A stretch of 64,000 nt of DNA, from assembly GCF_002113885.1 (NCBI RefSeq), contig NW_018406560.1:165948-229947 (forward strand), written 5' to 3'. The notes beneath the pieces are model-generated. The model did not search any database. It worked only from the letters and a program-made list of their open reading frames with translations, and was not told the origin of the DNA. The DNA is from Mizuhopecten yessoensis (Eukaryota). Below are positions 52,807-64,000 of this stretch, piece after piece; within the stretch, counting starts at the first letter, position 1; every line of letters begins with the position of its first letter. The position numbers and the translations under genes are program-made.

Positions 52807-53286
52807 GGGCAGATTGGTCGAGTGGTTAACACTCCGGCCTTCCACGCAGGCGGCCGGGGTTCGATCCCCGAAGTTGTCATACGCAAGGAATATTCAGAGA
52901 AAGTGTTTTTCTCCTGCCAACACAACTCCAACAACCCAGGTGGAGTATAAAATGGTCTGGGGTGAATGTTGCGGTATCTGTGCTGTTGCATTCAAGTGAG
53001 GTGGCACTATAAATGATACCGTTGGAAGCACGGCCCCGCTACAAACAGAACACAATACAACTCCAGCACACACACAGGCATACACACATATGGAGATATT
53101 AGCCAGGCGGCATAGGACTAGTAGTTAGTGCCTGATAAGGCAGCTCCGGCGAATTCCTCAAAATTGTATTGATTAATGTATATGCTATTTGTATGAATTG
53201 TATATCTATGTACTGTAAAGCGCTTTAGAGTGGCTTAGGTTAGCTAGATAGGGCACTATATCAAATGTTGTATATTATATTATTAT
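52807..53286 (+). mobile_element. Full-length SINE family 2: tRNA-Gly(TCC)-like head, CORE/Meta-like body, L2-type tail
   Basis: A box TGGTCGAGTGG, loop CTTCCAC, B box GGTTCGATCCC; CCCAGGTGGAGTATAAAATGG; TTCAAGTGAGGTGGCACTATAAA; tail TGTAAAGCGCTTTAGAG...GCACTATATCAAATGTTGTATATTATATTATTAT. Confidence 0.85.
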
Positions 53287-53387
53287 GTGGACCTCTATGG
53301 ACTTTCAAATTAAGCAATTCAAAAAGCATAATTACTTCCCTTGAATGATGGAGTGTTCATAATTAATTCTAGAAAACCTGAAATATA

Positions 53388-53478
53388 TTAACTCATTCAC
53401 CCCCGAAGACACAATTGAACTCTTCCAATTCAAAGGTCGGAATAGTTCATTACGAAATTTCAGGGATGAATGAGTTAA
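53388..53478 (+). mobile_element. 91-bp TTAA mini-MITE, family A
   Basis: TTAA on both sides; colinear with 2008-2098. Confidence 0.9.
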
Positions 53479-54870
53479 TGTGCATCATATTTTACAATCT
53501 TATTTTATCAATTCAAATTCAAATTACATGTTTAATTGTCATTTATTGACTAAGAATTTGTTAAGATCAATATCTGAGAATAAATGAGTTTATTACCATT
53601 TGGTGTGCACCACACCCATATACAGAGCCCATCAAGTCTTTCTGCTTGTCCTACAAACTCAGGTCATATTGTGATTTTATTTATATATCTTATAAAGTCC
53701 ATACAAACTTATTATATTGCTTTGAACCTGATGTGATCAGATAGATGAACATATTTGCATGAAATTTATTTCCTCGTGACATTTAAAGATTTAATTCTTG
53801 GCTAATAAAATCTGGTTTTAATTGACGAAGATTGCAGCAGGAAATGTTCAGGTTGTATCAAAGTTCAGTAAGTGGGATTTAAAACATTGGAATGTAAATG
53901 TTTGATGGTTAATAAAATATACAGATCAGATATTTTATCAAGTGAAGGGGAAGAACAACATAAACATTGTTGTTTGAATGTAAAAAGATAAAGTTAAAAA
54001 TTGGTCTTAATCATCATGGTTGACATTAGCCTCCCTACTGCGGTAAGCAGCCACCTGACATGCTGTAGGCTATGTGTTTGACAATAATTGTCAAAATACA
54101 TATATAGGAAATATTTGTGGATAAAACATGTGCATTCAGGCATGTTGATATGCTAATACAAACCAAATGCCTATCATAAACTTTTATTACTTACATGTGT
54201 ATTTCGAGTATCAAGAAAAGAGACTGTTTTATTTTGTACACATCTATGTGTTAATAAGGCCTGTGACTGCAGATTCCCATTATAACTGAGAGAAACCCTG
54301 TATTTATAGATGTACATGTCTATGGAAGCGGGTTTGTTGGAGTCACGACCTGGATCAGTAGCTTCTCGTGATGGCAAAAATAAATGTAGAAGTATTAACC
54401 GAGAACAATGGTTGTTAACGAGATGTCATGATATGGGCGAATGTGGAAGCACGTTTAATTCACTATGTTTTAACTGTGGCTGGTACCATTTATCATGCAT
54501 TGTGAGGCTGACAGGCTGATGTTGGTTGCTTTCTCTTCCCTCGCTGATATTGGTTCCAAGCTGGGGTCAACAAAACACAAAGTCGCGCGGGCAATCAAGC
54601 GTGGAGATAATGCATGATTTGTGGTCATTATGTCTTACGCAGGTATTATGATTGTGAATGGACAAGTGATTGCAGACCACATGTCTCCGTTGTATACAGG
54701 TATTGTGATGGACAGATTGATTGTAGCAAGCAGGTGGGTCCCAGATCTCCAGGGCTGGTGCTGGACAGTTAGGGACTAATTGTTGTACTTAATTATTCTT
54801 TGTAATCGGGTCAAATTAGACCTAATCACTTAGCCCCTGGGAAACACGCTGGCCCCTGATAGGTTTACTG

Positions 54871-54884
54871 CTGCCCCCTGGTGG
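54871..54884 (-). promoter_or_regulatory. Candidate CTCF site (CCACCAGGGGGCAG)
   Basis: Close match to the bilaterian CTCF core consensus in unique sequence; motif evidence only. Confidence 0.4.
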
Positions 54885-55057
54885 TGTTATCCAATGCCAA
54901 TCATTAATGGTAATGGCTTCCATTCACAATAACATTCAAGCTCTTACAGGATCCTGATGATAGAAAAAACGGTGGCCGCAACAGAAACAGGATGTATTTG
55001 AATTGTTTCTATCTGTGAACTATGGATAGAACAATGTATGACAGCAAAGTAATAGAG

Positions 55058-55148
55058 TTAACTCATTCACCCCTGAAATTTCGTAATGAACTATTCCAAC
55101 CTTCGAATCGGATGAGTTCAAATGTGTCTTTAGGGGAAAATGAGTTAA
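55058..55148 (-). mobile_element. 91-bp TTAA mini-MITE, family A
   Basis: TTAA on both sides; reverse orientation. Confidence 0.9.
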
Positions 55149-55220
55149 TGGTCTGGTGTCATTGGTGTAGTAGACCAATCACTGGTGTTTACAAAGGGAT
55201 CCAGATACACGGGACAGAAA

Positions 55221-55311
55221 TTAACTCATTCACCCCTGAAGGCACATTTGAAATCTTCTGATTCAAAGCTTGGAATAGTTCATCATGAAATATCAGGGGT
55301 GAATGAGTTAA
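55221..55311 (+). mobile_element. 91-bp TTAA mini-MITE, family A
   Basis: TTAA on both sides; 72 bp from the previous copy and inverted relative to it. Confidence 0.9.
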
Positions 55312-56967
55312 CTAGCAGGTGAAATGGAAGAACAGAAGGAAATAGGGGACAAACATGGACAAGGGAAGATGTCCCGGCACTTTCTATTATTTTACAAATT
55401 TTCTAAGATGCAGTAGCATCAGTCAGGTCTTGACAAAGTCGCGGGCTACTGAGTAGGGACAAAAAATTACTCTCAAAACATTGATACACAGAAGGAAAAG
55501 GGCAAAATCAGCTGGAGGGAAGGGAGATAATTCTAGGATATGTGTCTCTGATTTACTTGTAATACTTTGATATAGGTTATAAATGACGGTGCGATGGTTT
55601 GGTCTTGACAAGAATTGTAGCTTCACCCATAATCTACAGCGCCACACATTTCACTCATAGTGACACATTTTATGTATACCTCCGCGGCCGTTAGGGGAGG
55701 TTTTGAGGAGATTCCACAGTTCAATGACGGGCAAAAATATAGCTCAATCCTTCTAAAACATTCTATAGATTTCTCAACGGTGGCACTAGTCCAGGGGAAT
55801 GAGAGTAAAGAAATGGTATAACATCCGGCGAACTTGCAAGCAATATTTCCATTACAGCGATGATGTTGTCTACGGAGGGGCGTAATAGGATAGGTATATA
55901 CCTGCCCAGGTGACAAGTTGTGATAGCTGACCATGATAACCACTATTATGTCAATAGTTAGGCCATACACCTCCTGTTGACTTATAGATCAGATCTATCA
56001 CCAGGACAGGGCATCACTCCGTTCTAGTAGCCAGTATACCTCACCAACCCCCAAAACTATCATGCATAAATTCGTTTAATCTAACACTAGTTTATTTCCA
56101 AATTTGATTTGATTTGATTTGCATAATTTGCTTATTTTTGGTAAGAATATTTCTGCAACATTCCTTAATTATAAGGGTACAGGTGAAATTGAGATTTTGT
56201 GTTAATATTAGGTGAAGCTAACCAGGCTTTGGGTAGGTAGGATACAGGTAGATGTTCATAGCTGTATGCAACCTTGGTAGGCAGGTAGGTATCAGACAGG
56301 AAGTCACAGGGGTCCAACATTGAAATGTGACCCTATTAAGGGCCCTTCCCTTGGTCACTCACTGCGGTCATCAGTGTGGGATGGACAGTGCATTGGTCTC
56401 ATTAGAAAGGCCAGATTCTATAACATCAATAAAGATGGGTTCTGTGTCCCCTTTTATACCTTTCATGTCAATGGGGTCATAAATCTACGACATGTATAGA
56501 CCCTTATCAGCACCTTCCCTGTGTAATAAAATCATTTATCACAAATTAATTACAGGTGTTTTGGGCAATTAGCATGAAATTAATCATTTATTAATTAGTT
56601 ATCAAAGGAGTTATAGCAGAGAGGTATATGTAATATGTAATATATACGTCTCTGGTTAAAGGTGTAAGTCAGTATCAGATATAGATTGTGATGTTACAGT
56701 ACAGGTGAGCACGAACTCGGAAGTACACATCAGGTGGTCTCTTTAATGACCTGATACAGGTAAGGATAGCATAAAGTAGCACACCTTTGGAGGTCTGATT
56801 AATTATTACAAGTACCATCCTCTCAAGTCAGCAACAGGAAAAGTCAGTGCTGAGTAATAAAACAAGATGGAGCCCATGAACTGATGTATAATCATAAACT
56901 TGTCAGTGTGGAGGTCAAAGGTTAATGACCCTATCAACATCAGGTCTATGTCACTAATTACTCGGAT

Positions 56968-57433
56968 GGTGGAGGGTGTAATATAGGGGAGGGTGTAGTA
57001 TAGGGGAGGGTGTAGTATAGGGGAGGCTGAAGTATAGGGGAGGCTGTAGTCTAGTGGAGGCTGTAGTATAGGTGAGGGGGGAGGCTGTAGTATAGGGGAG
57101 GGTGTAATATAGGGGAGGGTGTAATATAGTGGAGGGTGTAGTATAGGGGAGGCTGTAGTATAGGGGAGGCTGTAGTATAGGGGAGGGGGGAGGGTGTAGT
57201 ATGGGGGAGGGTGTAATATAGTGGAGGGTGTAGGATAGGGGAGGGGGTAATATAGTGGAGGGGGTGGTATAGGGGAGGCTGTAGGATAGGGGGGGCCGTA
57301 GTATAGGGAAGGGGGTAGTATCGGGGAGGCTGTAGTATAGGGTAGGGTGTAATAGAGTGGAGGTTGTAGTATAGGGGAGTGTGTAATAGAGTGGAGGTTG
57401 TAGTATAGGGGAGGGTGTAATAGAGTGGAGGGC
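56968..57433. repeat. G-rich 17-bp array GTAGTATAGGGGAGGGT
   Basis: About 27 copies with repeated G3-G4 runs. Confidence 0.93.
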
Positions 57434-57934
57434 TAAAGCTTATAGAGAGCAGGTTCAATAGGGAGGGAACACTTGTATGTGTGGAGTTACCACATTAATT
57501 CACTATTATTATAAAAATAATAAACATATGTAGCAAAATAAAGACACTGACTCCGTCCTGGGGACAGCTACTTCTGGCAGTTTTGATATCATGATCCTCT
57601 CATACTAATGAGCCACACTGTTCATTTAACTTAATTAAAAAAAAAAAGTAAAAAAATTGTGAGAACATTTTTCATATTAAAGGTTATCTGCAAAAAAGAT
57701 CAACTTAAATCTTTTGTCCGAGGTTCTGCTACAAACTGTCTTGTAATTACCTAAAACTTACCCAATTTACTTGTTTGAATCATCAAACAGACCAAGTTTG
57801 GATTTTATTGGACAACCAATGGTGGTTAAAATATACTTAATTTAATTCCTATTAAAATATTCATTCACGATTTTGCTGTCCTAGGCTCTGTTTTAACTGG
57901 TACATCGATGTCAAGTACCACTAATCAATGAAGC

Positions 57935-58053
57935 AATCAGATACGTCACAAAGGTGTCCGAACTCTACAAGGCTGTAAAGCACCATCAATCAATCAATCA
58001 AACAATCAGATACGTCACAAAGGTGTCTGAACTCTACAAGGCTGTAAAGCACC

Positions 58054-58091
<38 letters not shown>

Positions 58092-58142
58092 CAATAAAAT
58101 ATGTTACAAAGGTGTCTGAACTCTACAAGGCTGTAAAGCACC

Positions 58143-58176
<34 letters not shown>
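57935..58176. repeat. Three-copy repeat carrying a variable (AATC)n tract
   Basis: ACAAAGGTGTCTGAACTCTACAAGGCTGTAAAGCACCATC three times, each followed by (AATC)n of different length. Confidence 0.92.
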
Positions 58177-59114
58177 TCATTCATTGATTATCTTGATTAG
58201 TATCAGATGTATCTAAAATCTTGCTTGATTAAATAAAGATACAAATACAGTATAGCTATCGAGACTAACTGAAAAATATATTCTATTGGAAATAAGAATG
58301 TTAGTCTGTACAGATGTTGACCGGGGCAGGAAGGGTTGCCCCGGTGCCATGGGAAGGTGCTGGATAACACAGGATAACAGTATACTTCTGGTACCACTGA
58401 CAGGTACCTTCTGTAGGGTAACAAGGAACACGGTAGTTACAATGGCAGCTGGGGCACGAGGGACTTAGTGGTAAGGAGACCACCAGAAGTCCCGTTGTCA
58501 CACGAGCTTGGACCTGACCTCCTCCAGATCCCCTGCTAATGGCTCCAACACTAGATACAGGCAACATTTCCACTAACGGTGTTATCTTGTGATGTCTGTT
58601 TCCGCTAAACAACGTGACACAATTCGTACATGTTTTTCCTGTCCAGATGTTGCTACTGTCATCGTGTCAGTTTATGTTCTGTTCTATTCCTCTAAATCTG
58701 CCATGTGGTATATGGGTGTGTATAAAAGTTTGGGAGTTGCAGATTTTTATACATAACATTGTTTTGTTTTATTGATTTTAAATGAATTGATTTCATTTAA
58801 CAATTATTAAATTTTATCAATAAACCTGTTTCATATATTAAGATTGAAAACATGTTCAACGCTGAAATCATCAATATTTTGATCTCGACTTTCAACATAG
58901 TCTTCAACAAGATAACAAATTGTGTCTTTTCCCTTGGAAATGCAAAACATTTGTAAGGTGGTTGATTTTAGAAATTGATATCAGTTGCAAAATGTCAGTT
59001 CAAATAGCACTCGGAAAATTGATCGACAATCAGCTGTTAAGAAATAGGAAATCTTACTCATGCTAGGGTGTACAATGAGATACCGAAATGTACCACGACA
59101 CTCCCACAATGACA

Positions 59115-60072
59115 GATGTATCATGATGTATCATGATGTACCATGATGTACCATGATGTACCATGGTGTACCATGATGTACCATGATGTACCATGATGTA
59201 CCATGACGTACCATGATGTACCATGATGTACCACCATATACCATGATGTACCATGATGTACCACGATGTACCCTGATGTACCATGATGTTCCATGATGTA
59301 CCATGATGTACCATGACGTACCATGATGTACCATGATGTACCACGATGTACCCTGATGTTCCATGATGTACCATGATGTACCATGATGTACCATGGTGTA
59401 CCATGATGTACCATGATGTACCATGATGTACCACGATGTACCCTGATGTACCATGATGTACCATGATGTACCATGATGTACCATGACGTACCATGATGTA
59501 CCATGATGTACCACGATGTACCATGATGTACCATGATGTACCATGATGTACCATGATGTACCACGATGTACCATGACGTACCATGATGTACCATGATGTA
59601 CCACCATATACCATGATGTACCATGATGTACCACGATGTACCATGACGTACCATGATGTACCATGATGTACCACGATGTACCATGATGTACCATGATGTA
59701 CCATGATGTACCACGATATACCATGATGTACCATGATGTACCACGATGTACCATGATGGACCATGATGTACCATGATGTACCATGATGTACCATGGTGTA
59801 CCATGATGTACCACGATATACCATGATGTACCATGATGTACCATGATGTACCACGATGTACCACAATGTACCATGATGTAACACCATGTACCATGATGTA
59901 CCACAATGTACCATGATGTACCACGATGTACCACCATGTACCATGATGTACCACAATGTACCATGATGTACCGTGATGTACCATGATGTACCGTGATGTA
60001 CCATAACGTACCATGATGTTCCATGATGTACCATGATGTACCATGCTGTACCACGATGTACCATGACGTACC
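59115..60072. repeat. 10-bp array CCATGATGTA
   Basis: About 95 copies in strict 10-bp phase. Confidence 0.97.
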
Positions 60073-60687
60073 TGTAGAAACTATAATGTACTGTGATGTA
60101 CCCGTTCATGAAATACCCATGTATCCTGTATGGTATGTCTGTCTATCATCATCACTGCTTATTAGTCTTGTTTGTATACACTGTTAAACTCGGCCTCCTC
60201 ACTATAGATACCACACCTTACTTGTCATAGACTGGTATCATATCCACAAAATCCCGCCCAGGACTCTTTACAGAATTCTAAATACCAAATTCTGCTCTCG
60301 GTAATTTCTTACAAGTAAAGCATGTGTGCAGGTTGTTTGTCATTGAAATGTATACAGGTTTGCATCCCGTAGCTAATACAAATTCCACATGGCTTCGCTA
60401 GGCTCGGCTCCCCAGATTGAGTTATATAGGGGAGAATTAGTGAGATGCTTCCAGCCTTTGGCTTCACATTTATTTTATGTGGAATCTTGTCAATCTATAG
60501 CTGATTTTCAATACTTTTTTTCTCGAATAAAACGAAGGTATGGAGAAAATGATGTTTCTGTAACTTATAGCGCACGCTTTTCATGTATACAGTATCAGCA
60601 GATATTGGATTTTTCTTCTATAAAAAAATGTATGAGACAGTGTGGGCATATCAGGTACAAATAGTGAAATGACATCAATTTAGGACA

Positions 60688-60987
60688 AAGATTTCTGATG
60701 TAGTATATAGACTGAAATATCAGCCAGCCCCGAGGTAGGATATAACCAGACATAAATAAACATTGTTCTGGCCTGAGGGAGGATACATATTTCTGATGTA
60801 ACACAGACAGAAACATTGGTCTGGCCTGAGGGAGGATACAGATTTCTGATGTAACACGTACAGAAACATTGGTCTGGCCTGAGGGTGGATACAGATTTCT
60901 GATGTAACACAGACAGGAACATTGGTCTGGCCTGAGGGAGGATACAGATTTCTGATGTAACACAGACAGAAACATTGGTCTGGCCTG
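60688..60987. repeat. 53-bp array GATTTCTGATGTAACACAGACAGAAACATTGGTCTGGCCTGAGGGAGGATACA
   Basis: About 4 good copies plus a degenerate leading copy. Confidence 0.92.
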
Positions 60988-62062
60988 TAAGAAGATGATG
61001 CAACCAAATATTTGCTTGTAGTGTGACTTTCTAGGTTTAATACAATATGTGATCACCGAGAAAAATATTCAGTAAATCACAGCTAGGGTCTTATTTGAGG
61101 TCTGTAGGGACAAAGTGATAAAATTTGTTTCTGTTTAATGTAACGGATAAGCTATATCTCAGCAATTAACCAATCAGCACACAGTACTGAATAGGGAGAG
61201 ATAGGCCTAGGCTATTTCTGTGAGTTCTGCACACGATTTCTTCTCCTACCTGTCTTGTTGGTCGGGGTTTGACACCATAAACTCCCACCACCTGAGCTTC
61301 CTCTGGTGCTAGTGGAGACAGTCCTTGATACCATTGTCTGGTACGGAGGCTGGAAGTGTTCTCTGTGTGTGTGGAGGAGGGCCTTTATTATTGTACAGAG
61401 ATGCTACGCTGAGCTTTGTCACTTCTGTGTAAACTTTTATAACCCTGTCTCATCTAGAAATCTCTACCAATGCATTCCACTATAGACATTTTAATATAAT
61501 TGAACCCTCGTAATCTAAATCCCTAGGTACCAGTATTTCGAACAGAAGCATCGGTTCCAAGATAATTTGGTTAAGTGAAGCTTCTGTAAAAAAAATTACG
61601 GCTTTGCAATAATTTACAGAATATTTGTTTTGAAATGAATGCCATGGAATAGTTGCTAGGTGTATTTGTAACATTCGTTCCTACTCTCATCAGTAAAGGG
61701 AGTTTTCACACTGTGAGGGCCCAGGTTAACGAGTTTCAGCATACCTGTACAACACACTTTTATATGTCTCAAGGTGTATAAGTGACTGCAATGTCCTGAG
61801 AACAGCAGTTTCCCTAATGAGTTGGGCCAGATAGCGTGGAGAAATTTAATTGCTACACTGTCTACCAGCGTCCTCGTCACATCCACTCTTCAAACATTTA
61901 TACCGACCAGAGTTTTTTGACCAGAAGACCTTCTCTTGTTGAGTAATTTCTGATTGTGCTTGAATTTTTTGTCCAGTTTTGCTGATGACTGTTTGGAATG
62001 TTGCTAACAAAGCTTGTAAGGGGAGGAGTTGATTACAATTTACCTACTTATTACAGAGTACA

Positions 62063-62767
62063 GGTCACACAAAGGAGGGAGGGGGAGGGGTCACACAAAG
62101 TAGGGGGGAGGGGTTACANNNNNNNNNNNNNNNNNNNNNNNNNNNNNNNNNNNNNNNNNNNNNNNNNNNNNNNNNNNNNNNNNNNNNNNNNNNNNNNNNN
62201 NNNNNNNNNNNNNNNNNNNNNNNNNNNNNNNNNNNNNNNNNNNNNNNNNNNNNNNNNNNNNNNNNNNNNNNNNNNNNNNNNNNNNNNNNNNNNNNNNNNN
62301 NNNNNNNNNNNNNNNNNNNNNNNNNNNNNNNNNNNNNNNNNNNNNNNNNNNNNNNNNNNNNNNNNNNNNNNNNNNNNNNNNNNNNNNNNNNNNNNNNNNN
62401 NNNNNNNNNNNNNNNNNNNNNNNNNNNNNNNNNNNNNNNNNNNNNNNNNNNNNNNNNNNNNNNNNNNNNNNNNNNNNNNNNNNNNNNNNNNNNNNNNNNN
62501 NNNNNNNNNNNNNNNNNNNNNNNNNNNNNNNNNNNNNNNNNNNNNNNNNNNNNNNNNNNNNNNNNNNNNNNNNNNNNNNNNNNNNNNNNNNNNNNNNNNN
62601 NNNNNNNNNNNNNNNNNNNNNNNNNNNNNNNNNNNNNNNNNNNNNNNNNNNNNNNNNNNNNNNNNNNNNNNATACAAAGTAGGGGGGAGGGGTCACACAA
62701 AGTAGGGGGGAGGGGTCACACAAAGTAAGGGGGGAGGGGTCACACAAAGTAGGGGGGTCATACAAAG
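62063..62767. repeat. G-rich ~23-bp array GGGGTCACACAAAGTAGGGGGGA spanning an assembly gap
   Basis: Same unit on both sides of the N run. Confidence 0.85.
62119..62671. other. Assembly gap (553 N)
   Basis: Run of N. Confidence 1.
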
Positions 62768-62794
62768 AAAGGGATATGGGTAGATGTTACAATA

Positions 62795-62951
62795 TGTAGT
62801 AGGACAAGGAATAATGATAAAGATATTGCCATCGCTGGGGCTCGAACCCGTGACCCTTGGCTCTCCAGCCCGATGCTCTGCCGCTGAGCTAAAGAGAAAT
62901 TCCCTACATTTGATGCTTGTAAGGCAACCTAATCAATGCACATCTTTAACA
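62795..62951 (-). mobile_element. ~157-bp TG...CA solo-LTR-like element with internal tRNA-derived promoter
   Basis: Colinear with 46404-46558 from TGTAGTAGGACAAGG to CTTTAACA; B box GGTTCGAGCCC on the minus strand. Confidence 0.65.
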
Positions 62952-64000
62952 CTATGTGAATACCTGTTACATAAGAGAAAGGATCATGTGCGGGAGGGGG
63001 AGGCGGAGGGGTCATACAAAGGAGGGGGTGGAGGATGGGAGGGGGCTGTTACAATGTAGCTACCTGTTACATAGGAGTAAGGGTTATGTGTGTGTGTGTT
63101 TGTGATCGGGGTTGGCAGGTGGGGATAGGGGCAAATTCATTCTTATTATTCAAATGTTTGACAGTAAGTAAATTCAAGCAGAATACGAAATGAATATGTG
63201 ACGTCATTCACTGAAATGTATATCAGTTACATCACACATTCATGCTAAACAACTATTTCTCTTTCTAGACACAATGTAAGGATGTTTCGAGAATGTCTAT
63301 TACCGTTTTTTACCGGTGTATGTAAAAATTGGAGCTAATATGGCGTGAAGCACCTCTCCAGCGTTTCACATGACAACTCTAACAGGCAGATGATATTTTG
63401 TACCAGGGTTTTAAATTTGATTTATAAAAAAACTGGGACCATGAGTTGGATAGAAGGTAATACAAAAATTGACTGTTTGTACATTAAGGCTAATCCAATG
63501 CTAGTCTTACTACTCTTACAACCAATTTACCATTGTTATCGTTTCTCCACAGTATAATGGTTACAGTATAGTATCATGCAAAAGAAGGACCATGGAAATT
63601 TGGCATCAAACAAAGGCTGAGGAGATAAGGGAGTTTTTGTCCTGACTTGAGAGCTGATTGGACAATGTATCAATTAAGGAGGACTGCAGAGGGACGCATG
63701 TGCTTGCATGTGTAGGGATGGTTTGCGTAGATAGATGGGTGATGACCAGTAAATGGTAGCAGTTATATCAGGACTTTTAGTCTGCCTTCTAACGCACACC
63801 AAACTGTATAGCTTACTACTCCTCCAATGCCGTCCTTTTTCCATTATTTCTTGCAATCCTACTGGGACCCAATTCATGTAATTTTTCCATAATTTCCGTA
63901 AAGCAAATTTTGCAACTCTTAGAAGATCCAATTCTAGAGCCTGCAGATGTTTGAGAGGAAACAATCAGTAGTGAGTGGCTAAAACGGCCACGGAATGATA

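Noticed and set aside
52807-52880. tRNA-Gly gene
   Set aside because: The acceptor stem is not reconstituted and there is no terminator; the sequence continues into a SINE body present in three copies.
53110-53160. Ribozyme-like CTGATAAG...GCGAAT in SINE family 2
   Set aside because: The core nucleotides are wrong and the pairing is not kept in the 11481 copy; a simple GCCT-GATA-AGGC hairpin explains it.
59063-60109. Three overlapping ORFs of more than 300 aa
   Set aside because: A 10-bp repeat with no stop codon on the minus strand.
60788-60987. Tandem hammerhead (retrozyme) in the 53-bp unit: CTGATGT...GAAAC-ATTG-GTC
   Set aside because: The core reads CTGATGT rather than CTGANGA, and helices I and II cannot form.
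61998-62765. ORFs spanning X runs
   Set aside because: Assembly gap.

Overview
Animal genomic DNA, most likely a bivalve mollusc and probably a scallop. This is inferred from the Meta/V-type tRNA SINEs, Helentron-associated (HINE) elements and very dense minisatellites. The only convincing host coding sequence is two consecutive + strand exons (8507-8635 and 52585-52751) of a CAMK-group, AMPK-related Ser/Thr kinase most similar to HUNK. They are joined in frame across a 43.9-kb intron. About one third of the window (roughly 21 kb by my tally) consists of more than 20 unrelated tandem arrays with 10-71 bp units; all long ORFs in the supplied track come from these arrays or from an N gap. Interspersed elements include two tRNA-derived SINE families, seven 90-91 bp TTAA-flanked mini-MITEs, three ~155 bp TG...CA elements with an internal tRNA-like promoter, HINEs, an Academ-like foldback, a hAT-like MITE, a Tc1/pogo-like MITE and a decayed Merlin/IS1595-type transposase. 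Most notable: (1) a 36-bp array built from a transposon end plus its flank; (2) TGTA/TACA in most array monomers; (3) length-locked, covarying 83-nt hairpin MITEs, three of which sit next to SINEs; (4) tRNA-containing solo-LTR-like elements. No database search was possible, so family assignments come from motif recognition and novelty is untested.
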